This document shows positions 1 to 12,484 of a stretch of 64,000 bases of DNA, piece after piece. The notes beneath the pieces were generated by a model. It was not told where the DNA came from and did not search any database. It saw only the letters and a program-made list of their open reading frames with translations. The first letter of the stretch is position 1. Each line of letters begins with the position of its first letter. This DNA is from Camelus ferus (Eukaryota). The translations under genes and the position numbers were made by a program. The stretch is from NCBI RefSeq assembly GCF_009834535.1, contig NC_045697.1, positions 47,804,001 to 47,868,000 of the forward strand. Reading direction: 5' to 3'.

Positions 1-297
1 ACAAACAAACAAAGCATAAATATAAAACAGAAACAGATTCATAGACATAGAATACAAACTTGTGGTTGCCAAGGGGGTGGGAAGGGACAGATGGGGATTT
101 CAAAATTGTAGAATAGATAAATAAGATTATACTGTATAGCACAGGGAAATATATACAAGATCTTATGGTATCTCACAGAGAAAAAAATGTGACAATGAAT
201 ATATGTATGTTCATGTATAACTGAAAAATTGTGCTCTACACCGGAATTTGACTTTGTAAAATGATTATAAATCAATAAAAAATGTTTAAAAAAAAGA
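1..297 (+). mobile_element. L1 3' UTR and A-rich tail (young, camelid-type), cut by the window edge; in FRAS1 intron 2, antisense to the gene
   Basis: Motifs ...gacatagaatacaaacttgtggttgcc...actgtatagcacagggaaat...tcaataaaaaa; closely similar to the 3' UTR at 21185-21490. Confidence 0.85.
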
Positions 298-314
298 ATT
301 TTAAAGCCCTAGAG

Positions 315-527
315 CTGCACAGCCCAATACAGTAGCCACAACCCACATGTGGCTGTTTACATCTTAATCTTAATTAATTAACATTCTGCAAAATCTAAGT
401 TCAGTGCCTCAGTGTCACTAGCCAGATCTCAAGTGCTCAATAGTTCCATGTGGTTCATGGCTACCATACTGGACAACGCAGCTCTGGAACATTTCCATCA
501 CACACAGAGTTCCATTGGCTAGCACTG
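315..527 (-). mobile_element. MER3-like hAT-Charlie MITE
   Basis: ccaatacagtagccac...cacatgtggct and tcaagtgctcaatag...ccatactggaca motifs; same family as 60888-61313 in the opposite orientation. Confidence 0.75.
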
Positions 528-779
528 TGCTAAGGAATCTTGGAGAGGATCTACTCCAACTCTCTCATATTACAAATTTAGAAACTAAGACCTCGTTTCA
601 TTCAAGTGACTTACTCAATACCACACAACTAGTAATTACAGAGCCAGGACCCAAACCAAGAAACAGCCTGGCTTCCATTACGCAGTCATGTCCACTTCGA
701 CATCTTGTTGCCACCTAGGAGATGTGAGCGTCTGTTCCCTGCCCAGCACAGTTCTGGGTTCTTTCCCAGGCGCGCTCTC

Positions 780-940
780 AGGTAGTCCTCACATCAACCC
801 TATGAGGAATATAATCCCCACTATATAGATGACGAAACTGGGACTCGGCTGTTTAAAGTATCATATCTGAGGCCACATAGCAATTATGGAGCAAAACCAA
901 GATTTAAATTCCAAAGCCTGGATCTTTCTACCACACTATA
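780..940 (-). mobile_element. MIR SINE remnant
   Basis: Reverse MIR core: caaccctatgagg...atagatgacgaaactgggactc. Confidence 0.6.
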
Positions 941-2149
941 CAATATATAATGAACACTCCACATTTTAATTCTTCTTGAAAACTTTTTCTTCCTTTCAAA
1001 TGTGCTGAAAGTCAGTGCCCCACTTTGCTCACTCTGTCAGCATTTGTGAACAAAAGTATTTCAAGGAGGACAATCCCAACACTCAACACTTTTGATCCAG
1101 GGGAGAAGAGTCGCCGTGTCCACCTTTGCCAAGCGTAACTGCTTCAGAGCAACAATAACAGCAGCTGACCTTGCCTGCAGGTCACAAGCACTGGGCTAAG
1201 TGCTTCCCACCGACCTCCTCTGCCCTTCATAACAACTCGATGGAGTAAATCGTTCCTCACACTTCACAGACATAAAAACGGAAGAGGCCAACCATCCACC
1301 CCCAGGAAGAACCTATAAAGGAGAATTGTTGGCTCGTGGTGATGCCACAGGCAAGTGAAATTCTTTTTACTCAATATAGATAGAAAAAAAAAAACAGGAG
1401 ATAAGTGAAAACTTTGAAATTTAAAAATAAAATCTATTTTCTGCCTCGCACTTGAAGCTCCTGTCACAGTTAAATATATTAACTAAGTCGTTTCCCTCTG
1501 ATGGATTCCTGATTTAATACAGTCACACTGTCTCTCCCACCAGGGCTGACTTTAGAGAAAGTCCTGCGAGCCCAGTGGTATTGCAGGGTAAGAAACACAC
1601 CCCCAAACTGATGACACAGTGTTTCTAAAGGCAGAGGAGCTTCCTGGGTATTTTAAGTCCCTTCTGGTAATTTCTGACCTGAGAAAGGCAGGAAAGACAG
1701 TGTTAAAACAAGGGACAACTGAAGTCAGTTCACAACTGAGAGATGCTTACATGGAGCTTAGAACCAAATTACCCCAGAGTGTCACCACAAGTCCACAGAG
1801 CTGTCAAAAGTTGGGAAAGATGACACGTTGTTGGGGATGTGTGTGGGTACATGTATGTAATACAGCATGTATTATATATTAAGATGGAGTGATCCCTCAA
1901 CGTTCTCTGCGTTGTGTGGTGACTTCAGTGCGCACTAGGGCAGGAGAGCCTCAGCTAAATGGAAAGGGGTTAGCCAGGGACAGCTGGCTTTGCAGAAGGT
2001 CAGGACAGAGACTGGCAGAGACAACTGTGTGGCAGGTGCAGCCGGGAGGGAGTGGGCATAGAAGGCTGAAGGGGAAATCAGATCGCTGTGTTCGAAGACA
2101 ACAAGCAGGCTGGTGTGGCTGTGAGAAACAGCAGGGTTGGTGTCAGAAC

Positions 2150-2310
2150 CGGGTTGGAACTCCCTCTTCCTCTAACGCTGACCAGCAGTGTGATTTTGAG
2201 TAAGTGACTTACTTAGGCTTTCTGAGCCTCAGTTTCCTGATCTGTAAAAATAACACCTATTTCCTGGGATTGTGGAGAGTATGAAATATACAGCAGGTGC
2301 TGAATAACTG
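2150..2310 (+). mobile_element. MIR SINE remnant
   Basis: Core tctgagcctcagtttcctgatctgtaaaa. Confidence 0.7.
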
Positions 2311-3409
2311 TCCCTTCCTCTTGTTCTTCTCGGTTGTAAAGAGGAATTTTATTATTGCAGAGAAGTGCATGCCAGGCACTGCAGCTGGGTGTCTTCCCCA
2401 CATTATCTTTCTTATAAAAACCCTTCAGGAGAGGCTCTGTGTATTCCCATTTCATATAAGAGGTGACAGAGATTCAGGAAGGTTATGTAACTTGGTTAGA
2501 GCTGGTTTGTAGCAGACGAGGAAGAGTCAGAACAAAGTCTGTCGGACAACAAAGGCTGTGAACACTCCACTCTATCTGGCAGCTTCCCAGGCAACAAGTG
2601 ATGAGATGGAAAAGGTGTCAATGGAAGGAATCCTCACAAGACAAGCTGCAAGTTAGCGTCTAGCAACCAGGACCTGGATCCATGCTCTCATCTGCTTGGG
2701 ATGTTTCATGGAATTCTGGGCATGGCTGATGCGTTGTCATTTTCAACTAGACCTTACTTTCCACTTCTGGTTACTCACCTGAGAAACGAAGGAAGCCCAA
2801 GAACTTCACACCCCTGCCCCAGTTTCCCTACCTATAAAATGGAGAGTTTGGACCACGTGACCTCGGAAGTCACTCCCAGCTCTAAAACGCACGTGAGTAG
2901 AATTTACAGGGTTTGGGTCTGGACACTATGCCATCATCCTCAAAGCCAGCTCCAGACTGTGAAGCCTCCCACCGCAGAAATCCTCTCACCCAGGGAGTTG
3001 TTTAATCAGAAAATCCTGGAACAGTACACGAATGTTCTTAAACTCTATTTGAATTCAAAGTACATAAATGCACATGCATTCAGTTTCACTGATGCAGGTG
3101 CAGGGCTTTTCTTCAAGACCAGGCCGGGTGGAGAGAAAGCAGCAATGAATTACACAGACAATTAGCTATGGCCAGAACGCATCATGCCCACTTCTAGTTT
3201 GAAATTCCTTAAAATGGAAAGAGAATTTAGTGGTTGCAAATAAATCCGAATGCAGAATCTCCCTGGATCTTTGTGTTTTTTCCCCCATCTTTTATAGCTG
3301 TTTCTCTTACACTTAATTTGACAGCAAATTTTTAGTGACTCATCTCTTTTTAAAGTATTCGACACAGTTTCCCTCGAAACAGGAGTGCTATTTCTTTTCA
3401 TATTCACCT

Positions 3410-3965
3410 TTCAGCAGTTTAATTAAACTGTAAGTCAGATTTTGTCATTCCTCTGCGCTAGCTCCTCCAGTGGCTCACCCACCTGACTGAGAGGACAAGC
3501 TAAAGTCCACACAAGACCCCATGTGCTCTGTCACTGCCCACCTCTCTGACCTCCTGCCAACCTCACCCTGCCCCGATCACGCGCTCCAGCCACACTGACC
3601 TCCACACTCCTTCAAATAGCCAAGCAAGCTCGTGCTTCAGACTTTACAGGAATCCTCTTCCTCTACATATCCAGGGCAGCTAGGTCTCAGTGCCCTCCTT
3701 CAGGTCTTTGTTCAAATGTCACCTTACCTTCTCAGGGAGGCCTTCCCTATCCCCCTCTTTCAGGTAGCCACCCTCGTCCCCTGTTCAGCCTTTTCTATCT
3801 CCCCACCCCATGCTATTTTCCTCCATAGCACTTATCTGCCATTCTAAATACTCTACTCATTAGAATCTGACCTTCAGGAGGGCAAAGATTTTGTCTGTCC
3901 AGTGATGCATTCTCAGTGCCTAGAATAGCAAGTCAACAGTTGTCACTCAATAAATATTTGTTTAA
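3410..3965 (+). mobile_element. L2 LINE 3' fragment
   Basis: gtcattcctctgc...ctccagtggct, ctccagccacactgacctcc, and terminal ctcaataaatatttgtt typical of L2 3' ends. Confidence 0.75.
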
Positions 3966-5610
3966 TAATAATCTTTATTGCTGTGGTAAATATATTGTTT
4001 CTGACAGAGCTGCATAAGTGCAATAAAAAGCACATCAGGCTGGAGAGGTGAAGGAATGCACTTAGCAGAGTCTTGGTAAGCTGAGAAGCCACTGGAGGGG
4101 TGAGGAGTGGGCCGGTGCACACACCTTGAACTTGTCTGAACCAAACCAACCTCTCTACATACTTTATGCTTTCACACTCAAATGTACAACACCACATAGC
4201 CATATCAAACACAGAAGGTAGTCTAGCCACTTTTCTTCAGATTCATGCAGAACAACAGAAAGAAGACATGTTGTTTTGTTCTGGTCCACCCCTTCATAGT
4301 CAGTTACCTTTAGCAAATCACTCTCTCTCATCCCTGGTCCTTCATTAAAAAGGGGGAGGGTGTAAAATAACATGTGGCCCATCTATTTCACTGGTGTATT
4401 GTATGCATTGGATGAATCCATAGATACGAAAATATATTGAAAAGCTATGAAGTACTCTGTACAATAAGCAGTTTTCTTTGTATTAAGATGGACAACTAAC
4501 TTGTCTTATGATATCACTACAGCTGCCTAAAACTGATGATGCACTTTGATTTTAAAATGATTCCTAAAATGTATTAAAGAATAAACAGGAGGAAAAGTAG
4601 GCTTTTAAGGGCATGGAATGAGAAACAGAGTGTAAAATGGCTTTTTCCTGATTCTTTAATAAAAAAAATATAAGGAAGGAAAAAACCCATAAATCTCCAG
4701 AGCAGTAACTATATTACATGAAGTTCAGATTCAAGACTACTACTATGAACACCTATAATTATCTAGACTCAAGATACATCAAATATTTCTCATCTATTTC
4801 AATAGCACAAGGATAATCCAAGATGGCATATTAGTATCATACATGTCAATAGCAGGTTGGGATGTAAATGAGCAAACCCTTTCCAACCACCTGAGTTCTG
4901 TTTTTATTACAGCATTTATTAAACCAGAATAAAAAAGTGGTGAAGAATGACTTGTCACACCATTTATTAGAGTAGATGGAGTGTAGACGGTCTTTTCAAT
5001 AAGGTCTTAACACACTGTTATGCACCACAGTACATTATTAATGAAAAGAAATGCAGGAGACTTGCATCAGTTTTTCCCCCAAGTCATCCTGACTTACATT
5101 CAAAATCAATTCTACTCTATGTGGCAAAGGTTCATAGATAAAATTTTAATTTGTTTGTTGTTTACCAAAACTTACATGTCTAATTCAAAGCACCAGTCAG
5201 GAGCTTCCATATTGTACTCAATAATCGTACATTTTTTTGGAGGGGGAGTTCAAAGGAAGAAGCAAATGCAACAGGAAGATAAACAAATTGTGCCCTAGTT
5301 CATATGTGACAAGAGAATAAGATCTAATTTTCTCTCTGATTGAAAGAACTCACAGGGCAGCCATGGAATGCAAATTGTGTTGGGGGTTTGAACTGCTTTT
5401 CCAATACTTGAGTATCCAAATGGAACTAATTCATTCTGGAAAAGGTATTAAGTAATTGAGCATGATTGTGCCAGGGTGAGGGATAATCCTCAAACTGTGA
5501 AGGAAAATAAACATATTTCACAATGACAGGGTCACCACACTCACTCAGCACCCTCAATCAAGCATTTTACATTCAAAAGAAATAAACCAAACATATGAAG
5601 AATGACCTAC

Positions 5611-5642
5611 CGCCAACAAGGAGCCCTGATAGACACAAGCAC
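5611..5642 (-). CDS. FRAS1: FRAS1 exon 2 (32 nt; completes Gly and encodes ACVYQGSLLA, start of first VWC domain region)
   Basis: Minus strand reads ttcttgttttgtattttttccctacag|GTGCTTGTGTCTATCAGGGCTCCTTGTTGGCG|gtaggt. Phase matches the 1-nt overhang of exon 1, giving ...HHSE-G-ACVYQGSLLA, matching the recalled FRAS1 N-terminus (HHSEGACVYQDSLLA in human). Confidence 0.93.
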
Positions 5643-8600
5643 CTGTAGGGAAAAAATACAAAACAAGAATTAAAAGGGATGCATAACAGACCAACAGGCA
5701 CTGCCCTGGTCAACTTAGACTGAATTGCATCTTATATGAATCACAATCAACAAACTGTGCTTTTTCCAAAATCTTAAATGCTTGAGCATTCTGTCCATGA
5801 GGAAATAATCCCATACACCAAAACAACATTTCTTGGACATGCATGAGGAAAAGTTTTATCAAAACTTCTTATTTGAATTTTAAGATAAATGTATTTATAA
5901 TGGCATGCTGTAAATACAGTGTATTCTCCTATATGACTAATCAGTGAAGCCTCCATAATCTAGTCCCAATTTACTTATCAAAGATTCTCCGCCACTCTTT
6001 GCTTACACAAATTCCTCATTCCAACCTAAGAGGCCAACTTAGGATCTTAGGATAATACTTTCATATCTCAATGCCTTGGCTGATTTTTCTTTCCTGCAGG
6101 AGATACACTTGGTCTATTCAAGTTCCTTGAACTTGAATCTGTCTTCTTTGTGAAGCTGTCCAGCCCACATTATATTTTTTCTCAACCAATTTTTGAACAG
6201 CACAACAGATGTAGATTTAATCTACAAACATGTGGGCAGTCTGCTAACAGCTACCATCTCAGAAACTGGGGCTGCAAAACAGACTGGAATAGCATACACA
6301 CACCAAGGCAGAAGTACACCTTGACAACTGTGCCACGCTTGTTGTCCAGAGGGAAGGACACGTTTTACTGCAATGCTTGGCCTCCAACAGATCATTCATG
6401 AAGTCTCAATAGTACCAACTTCTCAGGAAAGGATTGCTCTACCTTATCCACCACTAATGGAATTAAGAACAGTCTTCAAGGAAAATAAGATGGCTATTTA
6501 CACTTGGGGTTTGAATCAAAGATCTCCATGGGTAAATTTATTGAAATGACTTTTGTGCCCTTTACATTCAAATAAGAATAACTTGAGATAAAACCATGGG
6601 AGGAAATACTTCGTAACTGACTTATTTTTCTTCAAGAAATCCTATTCGAAAAACAGTATTTCAGTCCATGGTATATCATAAGATAGGAGATATATATATA
6701 CACACACACACACATAACACATATTTGGATATAGATATATATAAAATATCATATATAACTAAAAAAAAATCAACACAATTCAATTCTTAAGTTACTTAAA
6801 TGGACATATTTAATTATTTCTGATGTTTAAAAGTTAACCATAAAGGATCACTTAGGAACAACTTAACAAAATTTAACCTTTAAAACAAACAAACAAAATT
6901 TAATCTTTAGACAAGACCATCCTAAAAATTGTACTGGTTTCCTCCACAGCACTACCTTCCAAAAGCCAGTATCTTTTCAAAGCTCCAAAAGGAATCAGGT
7001 GTCTTAGGAAGTATCCAAGTACTCATATCAAAACCCATTTCTGGAAATTTAGACAGACGTTACAAACTCCCTGTAACATGGAAAAATGAAGCAATGAGTG
7101 CGGCACTACATACACACTTGGTTAAGCCAAACACCTGCTAGAAACTCAAGTCAAAACTATGTGTAACTGCTGATAAATTCCATCATTAGGGAAAGCAAAT
7201 AACTCAATTTGGGTTGCTCGAGGATGTAAAATTCTAAAAGAAATAAGCTTTGGCCTCTGAGGGCTTTACTAAAACACAACAGCTCTACCCGGAAAGCAGC
7301 TGCAGAAATGAGTCTCCATTAACATAGCTTCCAAAATTCATTGCTTCCCTCTGGAGAAAGGAAAGCATTCCACTGTGATGCCCAGGCCCATCAAACATTC
7401 ATCACCACCCAATGCCAGATGCAGTCCTCTAAAGTAAGCATATTTCTCCCACCCTGGCACACGCTTCACACCCACCAACAGACAAAGGCGGGAGGTCTGC
7501 TAGCATTGAGTGCTGGGTGTGGCTTCTGGTTCTGCCTTTTCACTAATTAATCAACTCATATACTTTGGAAAACAAAGTTACTCTCTCCACTCATAACTTC
7601 TTTTCTTGAGGAGTCCTGGAATGTCTGCAACTCTATCTGAGGTGTGGATTTGGGCTTTACTTGAACTTGAAAGGAAACTCCAGCTTAAGAGGAATTCTGA
7701 CTATGAGGCAGATCTAGAAGGAGAAAGAGGCCTTCTTCAAGGGAAAATGAGAAAAATAAGAGAAGAGGAACTGGAGATCTCTGACCAAGAACTTTGCCAG
7801 TTTCAGGGCATGGAACACAGCTGAGGTGGCAAGTAATTTAAGTTCTGACAACTGTGAGAAACTGCATAAAGGTTTGCAGGGTGAAGTGATCACACAGTGC
7901 GAAGGAGAAAGCTGAGATCTTGAGACCTTCCTCCCATGTGGTTGGTACCTTCCTTGCATGTCACGCAGACAAAATGTTACTTCTTATTTATTTAAACAAC
8001 AAGTAAATGTCTGCTTTTAAGCCCTCTGGCACATAATAATGTACTCTATTACGAGACACCTCTATAAAATCTGAAGTGTTCAGAGGAAAATTTGAGATAC
8101 AATTTGTACCAGTACTCACACCCTGCAACTATTCTCTACAGAAATCATACCTGGTAAATTGAGTGTATTAGAGATGTTTAATCCAAAAGTCACAAAATAT
8201 CAGACCCATTAGTTCAAAGAAATAGTGGCAGATATGACCATGAGATGTGAAGAAATGTGGAGAGCATGATATCACAAAAACATGACTCATTAGAAACAAG
8301 CAGCCACAAGTTGGCATTTAAATGTTCAAGCTTAATGTTCTGCTATAATTCAGCATATGGCTTGTACACTGTGGAACAGTTAAAATAGAATCGTTTTCTG
8401 GACTGACAGGATAGCTCATGTCCTGATTACTGTCAACCAGGAATCAGATAAATTAATAGAGTAGTTAAAATGAAAACGAGCCAACTGTTTTTGAACTATA
8501 GTATGATTTGGTGCACGCCTTCAAATATGCCATGTGGAAGTCCCCTCCCCTCTGCTGAGCCAAGTGGCGGAGAGTATTTTATGACTACTTGTGTCTGAGT

Positions 8601-10989
8601 AAAATTGAGTGATACGGCCACTCAAGTCCACAACAGTGAATACAGATGGCTGTGTCTTCACTAAAGAATTTATATGCAGAGGGTAACACCCAGAATCTGA
8701 TCCCCAGAGGAGAATAGAAATGTAATATGATGGAAATAAGACCCTATGACAATACAACACCTCTTTATTTCCACTAGTAGGTAGCTGCAAAAGCTATAAG
8801 ATGCAAAGTTGCTATTATTCAATATTGGGAAACCCACCAAGTACCAATGTTCACATATCCCTACTGCTACTTACCTACACTAATTATTTCTAGGTATGCA
8901 AACTCCTCGAGGGCAGGTATTATGATTTTTTGATGTCTGTATGCCCCTAGCAGACACAATCTGACACATAAACTCTCAATAAAGATTTGTGGAATGAAAG
9001 AATGAAGAGATGGGCTACTTTTCCCAGCCGATGTCTTTCCTTCCTTAACATTGAGTTTTAAGTGTTGAATCTTACACAGAAGGAACTCTCCAGCCAAGAG
9101 TGGAACCAAAAATGCTGATCCACCCATAAATAAAACACAGTGGCTATCAGATAATCCTTTTCAGTGCAGTCTGTTAATGGCATTTAAAGGAAAAAGCCTG
9201 GAAGATTGTGCGATTGGCTAAAGTCATATGGGAAGTGATGGACACAGACTACAATTCAGTTCCCTCAACCTCCAATTGAAGAATCTTTCTCTAGCCCCAA
9301 ACCAACATGTTCTATCTAGTGTAACTTCACAGGATTTCCATGGGTCAACACAACTCAAGACGTGCTTCTCCAGAAAATATCATGGAGGAGCTCGTCTGAT
9401 TCAGAAAGCAGCCATGTTTGCTAGATGTTTCTCTGTGACCTCTTGTTTTCACTAAGTTCCCAAATCATAGTAGTTTGTCAGCTTGGCCATATAAGACAAT
9501 GTAAAATCAATCACACTGCCAATAATCTGCTTGTAAAGCTTCATTTTTCTTTTAATAATTAAAATAAAATTCAGAATCAGAGAGTTGCATCTGACCACAA
9601 AGAAGGCAGCAAATATTGATCTTTTTCCTTTTTCTATCCTGTATGATTAGCAGAAGTATTTTAGAGCTATCACTTAGCAGACTTCTGCACTTGGTAAATA
9701 ACAGACCACAGCCCAAAGAAGTTAGGTGGTTCATTCAAGGTCACACAGCAACCTATCAGAGAGGCCAGTCTGAGCTTATTCAAAATGTGATTTGGCAATA
9801 CTCGCTCACCTGACTACTGCTTTTTAGCATATATTTTGTACTAGGAGCTGAGTTGGAGACATTAGGATAACTAGAAGCCATCCTATGCCCTCAGTGAGCA
9901 GAGAGTTAAGTGAGGAAGGTTGCACTTTATCAATTATAATTGTAGAATTATTAACTGGTGTAATAGAAGCATGTATGCGGTGAGCATTGAGAAGAAAATG
10001 ACAAACTCTGCCACGGCCTGGTCAGCAAGAGTATCACAGAGCAGGTCACACCAAGAGAGGCACATGTGAATGCTTCTTTTCCATTTTTTGTAAATGCGTC
10101 TTTTCCATTTTTAAAAATCACTGCCAAGGCTAATAATAAAAGCTTGAGTAAATCTCTAAGATCCTTAAGTGTTCCGTCTTTGACCTCAATGCTCTTATTT
10201 TCAAGAGAAAGAAAATCCTGATGGAACCAAATCAAAGGTCTCATTTGGGGGGGGGGGGCTGTGGGACTGTTTGATTAAAGTAACTAAATAAGATAAAGTA
10301 TGTAAAAGGCTTAGCATAGTGCCAAGCAAATAGTATGTGCTCAATAAACGTCCGTATTCATTCATTATGAATGAATAGGCGTCATTATGACTTGGATGGA
10401 AATTCAGAGACGTCTCTCAATCCAAGTTGTAAAATGATTCTCGAATGGTCTGAATGTGGGGTGAAACAGTAAGGAACCAAGTTTCTAAAGAATCTTTGTT
10501 GGAATAGAGCCGCTCGCGTCCTGCACTCCTCCTCCCCCATCAGAAGACTTTGGACGTCCTTAAACTTTGACCGTGGTAGCAATCAGTCTTCCAAAGGGCG
10601 AACCTTGCAGGCCCTTAATAATAATGGCTTTTGTAATTTCAAGGGATTTACTTCTGAAAAACTATGTATCTCCAACTGCCCCCTGGTGAGCTATCAGGGA
10701 CAGATGGACGTTTTCCGCGTTGCTGGAATATGATCCTAAATAAGAAACTGCCACCACCAAGTGAAAACGTAATTTTTCTAAATCTCAAGTTCAGATTTGT
10801 ATTCTGGGTTGACTCTCCCATCTGCTTTACTATAATTAAGCCCTATAAGTTTTTTGTTGTTTTTTAAGTTTGCACACACACGCACACTAAAGACCTAGTT
10901 CTTCAGGTTAGGCACTGTTTGAAAAAGGCTGCACAGGCCCCAGACCTGCTTTTCCCGGGAACAGTACACACTTGACAGACTTCCTGGGA

Positions 10990-11480
10990 GGGTGCGGGCA
11001 GGCGGTACCCTCGCCCACCGGAAAGTCCCCACTGCTGTGCATTTCGAAGGCCACACCACTTTCTCCCTGGAAGCTAGCTAGGAAAAGGCAGCCGCTCAGG
11101 GGGCTGCAGGTCGACCCGAGGCGGGGCTTTGTCCTCCCCCGAGGCTGCCGCCTCCCCTAGTCCGGTTCCCGGGTCTGCATCCGCGAGCCGCCCCCAGCCG
11201 GCACCAGCTCGAAGAAGGCGCCCCGCCCCGCGCCCGCGGCGGCCGCCGCTGCGGCTCTGATGCGCGGCGGGGCAGGTGAACTCTTCTTCCCGCAGCTGGG
11301 CGAATAATGAATGGAGCCGGGAGGGGAAGCCGAGAGCCCGGCGCGGTGGATTAAGTCGTCTCGCTCAGCCAGCCGGCTCCCTTCCCCCTCCCTAAGCACT
11401 GGCTAGGCGACTTCCCCTCAACTCGGAGCAGGTGGGAGCTCACAGCGCCTCACGTCCCCGAACCCGCCATCCCGTAACCC
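10990..11480. promoter_or_regulatory. Intronic CpG-rich block in FRAS1 intron 1
   Basis: Dense CpG/GC (e.g. gcgccccgccccgcgcccgcggcggccgccgctgcgg) with GC boxes, against a CpG-depleted background. Confidence 0.7.
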
Positions 11481-12199
11481 CCAAACTCTTGATTTACTTA
11501 TCGATTCATTTATTTGCCTGAGCTCAGATTGCTCTCGCTATCATGGCGACAATTCCCACAGTCTCCTTTCCCTCCCTCAGCTCCAGGGTTTTACACGTAG
11601 GTTGGAGCCCAGGAGGAAAACCGGGAGGCTGAGGGCGAAGTCAGAGAATGGAGCTAAACTCTTGTTAACCACTTCTTTTCTGGTGAAGAGGCAGGCTCGT
11701 GCCTCTCCATACTGGGAAGCTTTCTTTTAGTGCAATTGAATTGTCTACCTCCAGAACACGCTCTAACCAGCTTATAAAATCTTAACTGGACTTTACCGGG
11801 AGATTTATAGGGGCGAGGATGGCGGGAGACAGACGGGAGGTTTTAAGGTGCCAGACTCTGTTTCATAGAAGCATAAGTATTTTTACACAGCTAAGAGCAA
11901 TTGTTCACTCCTCATCTACGCTCCATACAATTGCTATCCATTTCGGGGACACTGGGTTAGTGGGAAGAAAGAGAATCCAATTTCAGGGATGGCACCTCAG
12001 TCGGCCACCCACCCACCCAAACGCACTTAGGGCAGAAAGGGAGGCGGGAGTGGGGCTTGTGATCTGCATGCAAAGCAATCAGGAGTTGGAATCTTCTCAG
12101 AAAAAGCCCACCCCAGTTCCACGGCCACCCACCCACCCAACCCCAAAAAACTTCCGACCCACAATACCATAAATCTGCGGACCTTTTAAAGAGCACAAT

Positions 12200-12344
<145 letters not shown>

Positions 12345-12365
12345 CGAAAGACACCGCTCTCTCAC

Positions 12366-12441
12366 CTTCAGAATGATGAGGCAATACTGCAAATTCCGCC
12401 AATGCTAGGGCCACCCCGAGCCACACTTTAAAGACACTCAT
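12366..12441 (-). CDS. FRAS1: FRAS1 (Fraser extracellular matrix complex subunit 1) coding exon 1, signal peptide
   Basis: ATG at 12441 (context gaggcggcaATGA) encodes MSVFKVWLGVALALAEFAVLPHHSE plus 1 nt (76 nt), then a GTGAGA donor. Near-identical to the recalled human FRAS1 start MGVLKVWLGLALALAEFAVLPHHSEG; sits in a CpG island. Confidence 0.95.
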
Positions 12442-12484
12442 TGCCGCCTCGGAACCCACGCTGGAGGATCCCAGCCTTCAGCAT
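12428..12484 (-). other. Out-of-frame upstream ORF (MLKAGILQRGFRGGNECL*) overlapping the FRAS1 start codon
   Basis: ATG at 12484, 43 nt upstream of the main ATG; stop TAA ends at 12428, inside the CDS. Translation not demonstrated. Confidence 0.55.

Noticed and set aside
2701..3165. 154-aa plus-strand ORF
   Set aside because: Overlaps MIR-like sequence, has no known motifs, and lies antisense in FRAS1 intron 2.
9951..10244. ORF with repeated KNGKDAFT/KNGKEAFT
   Set aside because: Arises from a 24-bp imperfect tandem duplication near 10066-10113 in intron 1; no splice or homology support.
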